Shown here one piece after another: positions 1 to 7,835 of a stretch of 35,225 bases of DNA. How positions within the stretch are numbered: position 1 is the stretch's first letter; every line of letters begins with the position of its first letter. Origin of the DNA: a virus (taxonomy: Duplodnaviria; Caudoviricetes); the IMG/VR virus record IMGVR_UViG_3300008255_000081, positions 1 to 35,225 of that record. One strand, written 5' to 3'. Under the pieces are notes generated by a model that was given only the letters and a program-made list of their open reading frames with translations, was not told the origin of the DNA and did no database searches. The position numbers and the translations under genes were made by a program.

Positions 1-123
1 CACTGCGGCGATACTCTCTTGTCAGTATCACGATCAGTAGTCTGTTCACCCAGTCCCTTCCGGGGGTTGGGATGAGCAGATTTGCTCTTATTACTCAATT
101 TCATCAACAAAAATATGGGTCCA
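1..123. repeat. Terminal direct repeat, left copy (circular assembly overlap)
   Basis: Bases 1-123 (cactgcggcg...atgggtcca) are identical to 35103-35225. Confidence 0.97.
41..80 (+). promoter_or_regulatory. Long interrupted stem-loop after the post-capsid gene (processing, stabilising or attenuating hairpin)
   Basis: tctgttca(41-48)/tgagcaga(73-80) and cccagtccc/gggggttggg arms, starting right after a TAG stop; no strong U-tract. Confidence 0.6.
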
Positions 124-405
124 TATTCAAACCACACACACATCACCAGCGCAGATGCGAACTCAAGCGTTGTCGTGAGTACCCTGAATGGTGCAACTCT
201 CGGGAAAATCACGATCAACAAGACTTCAGCGCATGCTCTCACGGTGTACGATGCAGATGATGCAACCGAACTCGGTCCAGTCATTGCAGTCATCAAGGCA
301 TCTATTGCAGAGCAAACCCTTGACTACTGCGTGAATGTTCACAAAGGAATCATCATCGCTGTACCATCGAGCTACGACGGTGACGTTACTGTTTCTCACC
401 GCTAA
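115..405 (+). CDS. Small beta-rich virion (head accessory) protein
   Basis: ATG at 115 preferred over the upstream alternative start at 82; beta-strand pattern GKITINK...LTVYD...DVTVSHR; lies in the head/neck module. Confidence 0.65.
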   Translation: MGPYSNHTHITSADANSSVVVSTLNGATLGKITINKTSAHALTVYDADDATELGPVIAVIKASIAEQTLDYCVNVHKGIIIAVPSSYDGDVTVSHR

Positions 406-414
406 TAATTGCCT

Positions 415-1299
415 ATGTCTATTCCCCTTCGCCCACAAGAAGAATTTGTCATCGTTCGCCAGCTCGACGATCACACCGATGCAACGACGTACTACGTGCG
501 CGCGGTCATTCGTGACGCGAAGACAGACGAGCTTTTGGTAACACTTCCCCTGAATGATAAGGGGGATCGTCGTTTTTCAAAGAAATGGTACACCGTAGCG
601 GATCCCACAGGGCTTGGACGGTATATCTCGGTACTCACCGAAGTGTTTACTGATGCAGGATTCACCACGAAGTCATCAAAATACGGTGATGAAATGGAAA
701 CCTATCGGGTCCAAGAAGAACGCAACCGCGGTGGCGGTTCGTATTCAGTGAATATTGACTACAAGAAGATTGAAAAAATGTTGGATGATAAAGTAAAAGC
801 AATCAAAATGCCCGAGGTGAAAATCCCCGCAAATCAGAAAGTGAACCTTGATTCACTCAATGCGAAGCTGGATCAGTTATCAAAGGCCATCAAAGGCATT
901 AAAATGCCCGCTATGCCCGAGCAAGAGCCTATTGACCTACAACCTGTCATCCAAAGCATTGAAGCCGTGCGTATGGAGGTTGTGGAGGGTATACGCGCTA
1001 TCCCAGGGCGTGACGAGGATGATATCTTACCGTTGGCGCGAGCCATCGAAGCGATGGAGGTGGATACGTTCAAACAAGCATTATCGCAAGTCACCACCGA
1101 TTTGTCTGATGCAATGAATATTCTTGGTGATTTTATTGAATCAGTACCCGAATTTCGAATGGAATTTGAACAGATGTTGCAACAAGCACGTGAAGCTGCT
1201 GATAAGTTTGCGCCAATGCAAGAAGCGAAAAAGCTTGAAGCTACGCAACAAAAGGCTGGGGATTTTACTAGACTAGCATCGCGCCTACGCGCACAATAG
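415..1299 (+). CDS. Hypothetical structural-module protein (N-terminal beta domain, C-terminal coiled coil)
   Basis: Long ORF tightly packed with its neighbours; ATG at 415 (alternative start 409). Confidence 0.75.
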   Translation: MSIPLRPQEEFVIVRQLDDHTDATTYYVRAVIRDAKTDELLVTLPLNDKGDRRFSKKWYTVADPTGLGRYISVLTEVFTDAGFTTKSSKYGDEMETYRVQEERNRGGGSYSVNIDYKKIEKMLDDKVKAIKMPEVKIPANQKVNLDSLNAKLDQLSKAIKGIKMPAMPEQEPIDLQPVIQSIEAVRMEVVEGIRAIPGRDEDDILPLARAIEAMEVDTFKQALSQVTTDLSDAMNILGDFIESVPEFRMEFEQMLQQAREAADKFAPMQEAKKLEATQQKAGDFTRLASRLRAQ

Positions 1300-1300
1300 T

Positions 1301-3160
1301 ATGAAAAATAAAGGTTCAATCTTTGGTGGGGTGTTGACGGTACTGGCGATTGTTGTCGCTGGTCTTGCATTTGCGATTCCACTCACCGACAACAACAATC
1401 TGGGGGGATCAGGAACAATCCGTTCTTTGAACACAGGGGGTGGATTCTCTATCGGATCCGCGGTTTCTGGTGGTACACCAAACGAGATTTTATATACTGA
1501 TTCATCTGGGAATGCAGCATCAGATGGGGATTTTCTTCGCACGGTAAATTCTACTACGAGCAATTTCTTCGCAAATGCCACAGGCACATCAGGCGATTAT
1601 TCAGAGCTTTCTATTGGTTCAGGATATCAAGGACTTATCCCTGGTATTGATATTAACGGTTCAGCGTTTGTCTATTCACCCACAGCGACCAGCACTTTAA
1701 AATATTTTAATATTCTTGGTTCTATTCCAGCACTTTCCTTTACTGGAGGATTTTACGGATTATTTGACTATGCAGGCGATACCACAGCATACCTCCAAAC
1801 ATTGACAAATGGGGTGGTTCAAATTCTAGGAACAGATACATCAGGGCTTTCAGCATCATATACGGTTCAGCCGACAAGTGGTCGTCATCATTTCTCTACA
1901 TGGAATAATACGACTACGAACGCATATTCATTCTCGAATGACGACATGACCCTTCTTGAAATTACGGGTCAAGGACGTTCTTTGTTTAATGCTTCAACGA
2001 GCATCACCGGAGCAAATAAACTCTTTTCATTCCAACGTGGAGGTACACCATTCTTCGACATTGACGCTTCAAGTTTCTCACGTTTTGTAGGTTCTACATC
2101 TGGTGCAGGAAATACTATATTGCGAATTGTGGATAGCGGATTTTCTAACCGTTTCGAGGTTCGAGATAACGGAGCGGTCAAGATCAATAACGCCTATACA
2201 TTTGCAACGACAGATGGATCGAGTGGTCAGGCACAAGTAACGAATGGATCTGGGACATTATCTTGGGCTACTATTTCAGCAGCAGGTTCAAATGGTGCAG
2301 TGCAAATATCTGACGGTATAGGAAGTTTCTTAGATAGTGGACTTTCATATACCACCTCAAGCCAATCTCTTATTGGTAGTCAGTTTCAAATCCCTAATGT
2401 TGATGGATCGACTGGCGCAGAAAATCTCTTTTTACTTGGCGCAAGCTCGGGTATACCAGCAGTTGACACAGCAAACCGAAACGTATGTGTTGGATTAAGT
2501 TGTATGCTCTCGTTGAACACCGGTACCCAAAATACAGGAGTTGGTTCTGATGGAGCATCCAGTGATGGTCCTTTGCATGACGTTACGACAGGATCAGGCA
2601 ACGCAGCTTTTGCGGCAGGTGCAGGATATGGAATACAAGATGGTTCGTTTAATACATTTCTTGGATATTTCTCTGGATCAACAGACGCATCAGCATCCGC
2701 TTCGATTGCCCTTGGTGCTGAAGCTATTGTAACAGCAAGCAACCAGCTTGTTATTGGCTCAAATACAGGCTCGCGGTATATCAATCATGCGTATTATGGT
2801 TCAGGTGTATCAACAGCTAACCCGCAAGATTTTACGTGGCAGTTATCGCCATCATCTGGCGACGATAAATTCGGTGCTAGCGTATACCATATTGCAGGAT
2901 TGAACACAGGAGCAGGAACACCCGGGTCTCATTATTTCCAAATATCATCAGGAGCAGGTGCAGGAACTTCAACACCAGCAGTACCACGCACCGCACTTCA
3001 AATTGACGGTGTATCAGGGCTTCTCATCAGCCCCATCGAGTACACCCCATCGTCAGCGTCAGATACCTGTACCGCAGGTATGACGGCGTTTGACGACGAT
3101 TATCTCTACCGGTGCATTGCGACAAATACGTGGAAGCGTGCCGCAATATCAACCTGGTAA
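1301..3160 (+). CDS. Tail fibre/spike-like adhesin with N-terminal signal peptide
   Basis: MKNK + hydrophobic core + AFA site; G/S/T-rich; YadA-head-like N-x-x-x-G repeats; C-terminal TPSSASDTCTAG..FDDDYLYRCIATNTWKR motif typical of phage fibres. Confidence 0.75.
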   Translation: MKNKGSIFGGVLTVLAIVVAGLAFAIPLTDNNNLGGSGTIRSLNTGGGFSIGSAVSGGTPNEILYTDSSGNAASDGDFLRTVNSTTSNFFANATGTSGDYSELSIGSGYQGLIPGIDINGSAFVYSPTATSTLKYFNILGSIPALSFTGGFYGLFDYAGDTTAYLQTLTNGVVQILGTDTSGLSASYTVQPTSGRHHFSTWNNTTTNAYSFSNDDMTLLEITGQGRSLFNASTSITGANKLFSFQRGGTPFFDIDASSFSRFVGSTSGAGNTILRIVDSGFSNRFEVRDNGAVKINNAYTFATTDGSSGQAQVTNGSGTLSWATISAAGSNGAVQISDGIGSFLDSGLSYTTSSQSLIGSQFQIPNVDGSTGAENLFLLGASSGIPAVDTANRNVCVGLSCMLSLNTGTQNTGVGSDGASSDGPLHDVTTGSGNAAFAAGAGYGIQDGSFNTFLGYFSGSTDASASASIALGAEAIVTASNQLVIGSNTGSRYINHAYYGSGVSTANPQDFTWQLSPSSGDDKFGASVYHIAGLNTGAGTPGSHYFQISSGAGAGTSTPAVPRTALQIDGVSGLLISPIEYTPSSASDTCTAGMTAFDDDYLYRCIATNTWKRAAISTW

Positions 3161-3184
3161 TTATTCAAATATCCATAAAATACT

Positions 3185-3415
3185 ATGCCACAAGAAACAG
3201 CATTCGGTCTTGTAAAAGACAAAAAAGAATTTATTGAAAACAAAGCAGGAAAAATCGTTAGTCGCCAATGGTTCTATGTCGATGAAGAAGTGGAAGATGT
3301 TTCAGAAATTGAAGCAAAGATTCAAGAATTAACGAGCTTGAAAACGCAATTGCAGCAATTTTCAGCCGAAAAGAAGTCAGCATTGGGGAATAACATTTCT
3401 CAAAAAGGGTTATAA
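3185..3415 (+). CDS. Small coiled-coil hypothetical protein (possible fibre chaperone)
   Basis: 76 aa; directly follows the fibre gene; heptad pattern IEAKIQELTSLKTQLQ. Confidence 0.65.
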   Translation: MPQETAFGLVKDKKEFIENKAGKIVSRQWFYVDEEVEDVSEIEAKIQELTSLKTQLQQFSAEKKSALGNNISQKGL

Positions 3416-3424
3416 TACCCCTAT

Positions 3425-3622
3425 ATGCCTATGTCAACATCATCAAACATTTTAAAAATCATGACAGCGTTCATCGCAGGCGCGATGCTGGTTGTCGTTA
3501 TCTTTTGTCTTGTCTTTATGACGCGTATCACTCGCACAGTGGGACAAAATACAGAGCGATCAGTTTGGGCTGAAAGCATTTTAAAAGACGCACTCAATAA
3601 TCAAGCCCGTCCAGCTCAATAA
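3425..3622 (+). CDS. Small single-pass membrane protein
   Basis: Hydrophobic stretch IMTAFIAGAMLVVVIFCLVFM; operonic spacing. Confidence 0.65.
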   Translation: MPMSTSSNILKIMTAFIAGAMLVVVIFCLVFMTRITRTVGQNTERSVWAESILKDALNNQARPAQ

Positions 3623-3625
3623 CCT

Positions 3626-3916
3626 ATGTATCAAAGCAAGCAACAAATCAGCAGTGGCGATGCAGATGTTTTGCAAGATATCAGCTTCCTTGCAAAACAT
3701 TGGAAGATTCTTATTCCACCAATGATTTTGTTTGCATTTAATATAGGCTTGTTCTATGCAGGATATAAAGGTCTAAATCAACGCGTAACGAATAACGAAG
3801 CTGCAATCGCAACCACAAATCAGAGTGTCAATACCATACAGGTGTCACTCGAAAACATTTCCGTGAATATTCAATACATCCGGGAAATTCTTTCAGAGCT
3901 GAAACAAACACGATAA
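3626..3916 (+). CDS. Membrane protein with C-terminal coiled coil (holin/XhlA-like topology)
   Basis: TM ILIPPMILFAFNIGLFYAGY followed by heptads LNQRVTNNE...IREILSELK. Confidence 0.65.
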   Translation: MYQSKQQISSGDADVLQDISFLAKHWKILIPPMILFAFNIGLFYAGYKGLNQRVTNNEAAIATTNQSVNTIQVSLENISVNIQYIREILSELKQTR

Positions 3917-3921
3917 TTCAT

Positions 3922-4137
3922 ATGTCATTTACAGCCCAAATAAAAAAACGGACATTGATCGCAGGAATCATTGTCGCAATAATTGGGTTGTTATTTCCAG
4001 CATTGGTGCTGCGAAAACAGTATGTGACAGGGGAATATGCTTTGTATTGCTATATCCGCGGTGAAGAACCAAGCACTATCAAGCGACATTACTATTTCAG
4101 GTCACTTGATGAATGTGGCAAACCTTTGAAACAATAG
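3922..4137 (+). CDS. Small membrane-anchored protein
   Basis: KKR + TM LIAGIIVAIIGLLFPALVL; two Cys in the soluble part. Confidence 0.6.
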   Translation: MSFTAQIKKRTLIAGIIVAIIGLLFPALVLRKQYVTGEYALYCYIRGEEPSTIKRHYYFRSLDECGKPLKQ

Positions 4138-4140
4138 CCT

Positions 4141-5061
4141 ATGTATCCTAATACCTCACAATCGAACACCAGAATCAAGGGAGGGTTGCTCGCACTACCA
4201 CCTGATTCGCGAGATTTTGCGCTTGGTGCGTTGTTTAGTCATGCAAAGGTATCCGAGGTACCTGAACACAGCTTCATCGTTGCTACACCCCTTTTCATGA
4301 AGAATCAAAAGGATTCTGATCTATGCACTGGGTACACCATCACATCAGTGTCGGAAGATCAGGAAGGTTTGGAACTCTCACCGCACTTTCAATTCGCAAT
4401 GACGAAAAAGAAAAAAGGAAGTATCGACGAATGGGGTGCTGATCTTCGCACTGCATGTAAATCTGCAACTGATCCAGGCTCAATCCCGCACAATGAAGCT
4501 TTGAAATATCTGAAAGAAAAGGGAATCAATCCCGAGAATCGTGACGAGGTAGCAAACTGGGAAAACTGGTCCCCATCACTTTCATCACTTGCAAACAAAT
4601 ACCGCAAGCAATCTTTCTTTTCATTGGAAAATATAAACGCAAAAGACACTTTTGATAAAATACGCGTAGCACTTTGGACACACCGCCTAGAAAGGCGCAC
4701 AATCGCCGTGGGTGCGCTATGGCGTGAATCATGGACGAATGCTCGTATGGGGGTCATCCCTACGCAGTACGAGGAGCAGGGCTTCGGACACGCCTTTAAA
4801 ATCTTTGGGCAGAAGCTCATCGATGGGGAAATGCACCTCATGGCACAATTATCCAATGGCACCGACATCGGGGACTATGGAATCTTTTATTTTCCGCGCG
4901 TGGTGGTGAATCGTGAATTTAACTATGGGCAATTCATGTTCAAAGACATTGACCCTGATCAGGCGAAGGACTATATGAAAAGGGGAATCAAATTCGATGA
5001 TTCTTTCCTTGTGCAAATCATCAAATTATTTCTTGGTAAAATAGGATTATGGCACCACTAA
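4141..5061 (+). CDS. Papain-like (C1) cysteine peptidase
   Basis: GLLALPPDSRDF N-terminal motif; NQKDSDLC (Q, C); GHAF (H); QLSNG..IGDYGIFYF aligns to the NSWG..WG..GYF motif. Confidence 0.8.
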   Translation: MYPNTSQSNTRIKGGLLALPPDSRDFALGALFSHAKVSEVPEHSFIVATPLFMKNQKDSDLCTGYTITSVSEDQEGLELSPHFQFAMTKKKKGSIDEWGADLRTACKSATDPGSIPHNEALKYLKEKGINPENRDEVANWENWSPSLSSLANKYRKQSFFSLENINAKDTFDKIRVALWTHRLERRTIAVGALWRESWTNARMGVIPTQYEEQGFGHAFKIFGQKLIDGEMHLMAQLSNGTDIGDYGIFYFPRVVVNREFNYGQFMFKDIDPDQAKDYMKRGIKFDDSFLVQIIKLFLGKIGLWHH

Positions 5062-5684
5062 CACCAAAAACAGGCGCAGAGCTAAAAGAATTCACCACAT
5101 CATTGCTCGATGGGGATGTAATGGACGACACCCCTTTTTATATCATGCTCAACATGGTGAAAACGATAGTTGAATCAATCCGCCCTTGGCGCAAGCTTTT
5201 GACGATTGATACATCACAGACGTTTGGTCCAGGAGATACCTATACCACCATCAAATCATTGCCTGCTGGGTTTATCATGTTTGATCAGTATGACCCAATG
5301 GTCTTGATTGCAGGTGACCAGGTGGTCAAACCCGAAGGTATTACTATCGCCGAGCGTGAAATCAAGAAAAACGAGGGTCCCTATTTTTATACTGACTTGA
5401 AAAACGATGGCTTTGGAATCATCCACAATCCCTCAACGACATTCACGGTCCAGCTTGCTTTTATTGAAGAATCAGACGAGATCACAGATTCAACATCGTG
5501 GGCATTTCCGGCACGTTTTCATCCGTTACTGGCCTACATGGTTTCAGGAATGCAGAAAGGGGGTGTTGATTATGACGATATCTTTGCTCGTATGGCACCT
5601 GAAAACCGCGCACAGGCGCAAGTATTGGTCGATGCTATGGAAATGTGGGATGACGCATTGCAACGTCAAGCCTATGGATATTGA
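5049..5684 (+). CDS. Head-tail adaptor (tail tubular protein A-like)
   Basis: PW..L, LPAGF and FPARFHPLLAY motifs; 211 aa; directly upstream of the nozzle gene. Confidence 0.7.
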   Translation: MAPLTPKTGAELKEFTTSLLDGDVMDDTPFYIMLNMVKTIVESIRPWRKLLTIDTSQTFGPGDTYTTIKSLPAGFIMFDQYDPMVLIAGDQVVKPEGITIAEREIKKNEGPYFYTDLKNDGFGIIHNPSTTFTVQLAFIEESDEITDSTSWAFPARFHPLLAYMVSGMQKGGVDYDDIFARMAPENRAQAQVLVDAMEMWDDALQRQAYGY

Positions 5685-5687
5685 TGT

Positions 5688-7352
5688 ATGAATGATTATG
5701 TAGTCGAAAATTTTACAAAAGGAACAATCACCCGCATCGAGGATGATTCATTGCCGAAAGGTGCATCGAGTGGGTCCTTGAACTGGCTGACCAAAGGTGA
5801 CCGCATTGAATTACGACGCGGTCAAAGTGTTATTGGTGACGCTCAATCAGGTATTGGGCGTATTTCAGGGCTTGCCGTTTCAGCTCTTTTTGATAAAACA
5901 CAGGTCATCCTACGTTCACGCGGTCGCAAGATTGAATCATACAACGTAGTGAATGACCAATGGGATGAATCAACCGTGATCGATATACTTCCCGAAGAAG
6001 CTGACGGCGAAGATATCGCCTTTTCTGAATATCACAGCATTGCAGGGGCTATGGTCCATGCTTCAAGCCCTAACAGCTCGGCATACAAAATCATGTTGGC
6101 CAACCCGCAAGACGTACTCGATCAGGGTTCACCGACACACCGAGGGAAAATCAGTATTAAAAACGGCCGAACATTCCTATGGGATCGCAAAGACACCAAC
6201 AACGGGCGCGACCAGACTGGACTATATGGCTCATGGATTGATAAAGACGAGCTTTCTGATTATACCGAGGTCCTTGCTGAAAGTGTTGGCACAGGGGATG
6301 GAACGACAACGACATTCACTGGAACGCTCACCATGCAAAAAACTAATAAAACGGTCACAGCAAACGATACGACTGATGTATTTGATTCGGTCGCTCACGG
6401 TTTCAGCAATGGCGACAAGATAAAGTTTTCAACAACTGGCACCCTTCCAGCAGGTATCGATGCAGGGCGCGTGTATTTTGTGGTAAACAAAAACAATGAT
6501 GACTTTCAAATTTCTGATATTCCAAACGGTCCCGCGATTGACCTGACATCTGTTGGTACAGGTACGCACACTGCGACAAAAGGAATCGAACGAAGCGTAT
6601 TGTACGTGCGTATCAATGATTCAGCAGAGAAATTTCAAGATGATCGCAATGGAAACCTTGTAGGGTCAAAGGGAGGATCAGGAACAATCAACTACGCAAC
6701 TGGTGCATTCTCGGTGACTTTCAACACTGCACCCGCAAACGCGCAAGGAATCACATCGGACTACTATTGGGAAGATGCCACTGATGAAGGTATTTGGGAC
6801 TTTGGCAAGGCGACACCTCGTGTTGCAGGTGAAGGTTTTGTACTTCGACAAGATGACGGTGGTGCTGCATTTCAAAATATCGCGACGTTCAATGATCAGG
6901 AATACTGTATGCATGTTCGGAAAACATGGGGGCTTTCGATATCTGACGATGATTCTGCTGCTGCACAGAAAATATATCGCGATGGTGTGGGTATTCCCTA
7001 CTGGCGCGCGATGGTGGAAACAGGTGATGGAATCTATTATGTCGATGATACTGACCAAATAAACCCTTTCATCCGGCAACTGTCTTACGCCTACAATAAC
7101 GATAAGGTCCAACCGCGGAGCATATCCGACAATATTGATTTGTCGCCTTATTCATTTGATCAGGCAGCAATGTGGGAATGGGGTGAATATATCGTAGTAG
7201 CGTGTCGCTCAAAAGATAGCACTATCAACAATATTATGTTGATGTATAACACGCTTTTCAAGGCGTGGGATATCACCGACTATCGTGCGAGTGTGATTGG
7301 TGACTACAATGGATACCTGATCGCAGGGGATTCCGGGTCAAACAATGTCTAA
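5688..7352 (+). CDS. Tail nozzle/stabilisation protein (P22 gp10/tubular B-like), N-terminal part
   Basis: Starts ENFTKGTITRI..SLPKGASSGSLNW...IELRRG; propeller-like sequence; ends abruptly at GDSGSNNV-stop. Confidence 0.75.
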   Translation: MNDYVVENFTKGTITRIEDDSLPKGASSGSLNWLTKGDRIELRRGQSVIGDAQSGIGRISGLAVSALFDKTQVILRSRGRKIESYNVVNDQWDESTVIDILPEEADGEDIAFSEYHSIAGAMVHASSPNSSAYKIMLANPQDVLDQGSPTHRGKISIKNGRTFLWDRKDTNNGRDQTGLYGSWIDKDELSDYTEVLAESVGTGDGTTTTFTGTLTMQKTNKTVTANDTTDVFDSVAHGFSNGDKIKFSTTGTLPAGIDAGRVYFVVNKNNDDFQISDIPNGPAIDLTSVGTGTHTATKGIERSVLYVRINDSAEKFQDDRNGNLVGSKGGSGTINYATGAFSVTFNTAPANAQGITSDYYWEDATDEGIWDFGKATPRVAGEGFVLRQDDGGAAFQNIATFNDQEYCMHVRKTWGLSISDDDSAAAQKIYRDGVGIPYWRAMVETGDGIYYVDDTDQINPFIRQLSYAYNNDKVQPRSISDNIDLSPYSFDQAAMWEWGEYIVVACRSKDSTINNIMLMYNTLFKAWDITDYRASVIGDYNGYLIAGDSGSNNV

Positions 7353-7812
7353 ACTCTTTGATTGGTTCACCGATGAAGATAGCTTGATTCCTAACTATTG
7401 GGATTCAGGTGAAACTGATCTCGACTATCGTGGTGTGAAGCGTTGCAAACGCTTTGAAATTCGTGGGTTGATTTCACGCGATCAGAGTTTCAAGATTCGT
7501 ATTTCGTTGGATGGTGGTTCATTCGTCGAAGTGGGTGAGATACAAGGCAATGGTCCCTATGTTGATTTTGGCACCCAAGTGATGATTGGGTCATCAATGG
7601 TTGGTACTGCCAAGATTGGTGGGGGTGGCACCCAGGTTGACGAAGTGTCCGTATCACCTTACGCTCGAGAACTGAAAATCAATACCGACAAATTCGAGAA
7701 AGTGATCGTGCAATTCGAAGCTTTGGGTGTGGGATACGTTTCGGTTTCCGAATACGTTTTCAAGGATCTGCGGTACAAGGGGCGAAAGATGCCTGTGAAG
7801 TACAGGATTTAA
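7345..7812 (+). CDS. Tail nozzle protein, C-terminal part (separate frame)
   Basis: NYWDSGETDLDYRGVKRCKRFEIRG resembles the C-terminal domain of nozzle proteins; overlaps the upstream stop by 8 nt. Confidence 0.7.
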   Translation: MSKLFDWFTDEDSLIPNYWDSGETDLDYRGVKRCKRFEIRGLISRDQSFKIRISLDGGSFVEVGEIQGNGPYVDFGTQVMIGSSMVGTAKIGGGGTQVDEVSVSPYARELKINTDKFEKVIVQFEALGVGYVSVSEYVFKDLRYKGRKMPVKYRI

Positions 7813-7817
7813 TAAAA

Positions 7818-7826
7818 TGATATACT
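7818..7826 (+). promoter_or_regulatory. Extended -10 promoter (TGATATACT), near-leaderless
   Basis: TGn+TATACT, 9 nt before the ATG at 7836. Confidence 0.5.
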
Positions 7827-7835
7827 ATACAACAT

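Noticed and set aside
5682-5690. In-frame TGA-TGT-ATG linking adaptor and nozzle (also 3620-3628 and 4135-4143) as readthrough or an alternative genetic code
   Set aside because: Each downstream gene has its own ATG in the genome's usual TATG context, in-frame spacing is expected by chance, and long genes are intact in code 11
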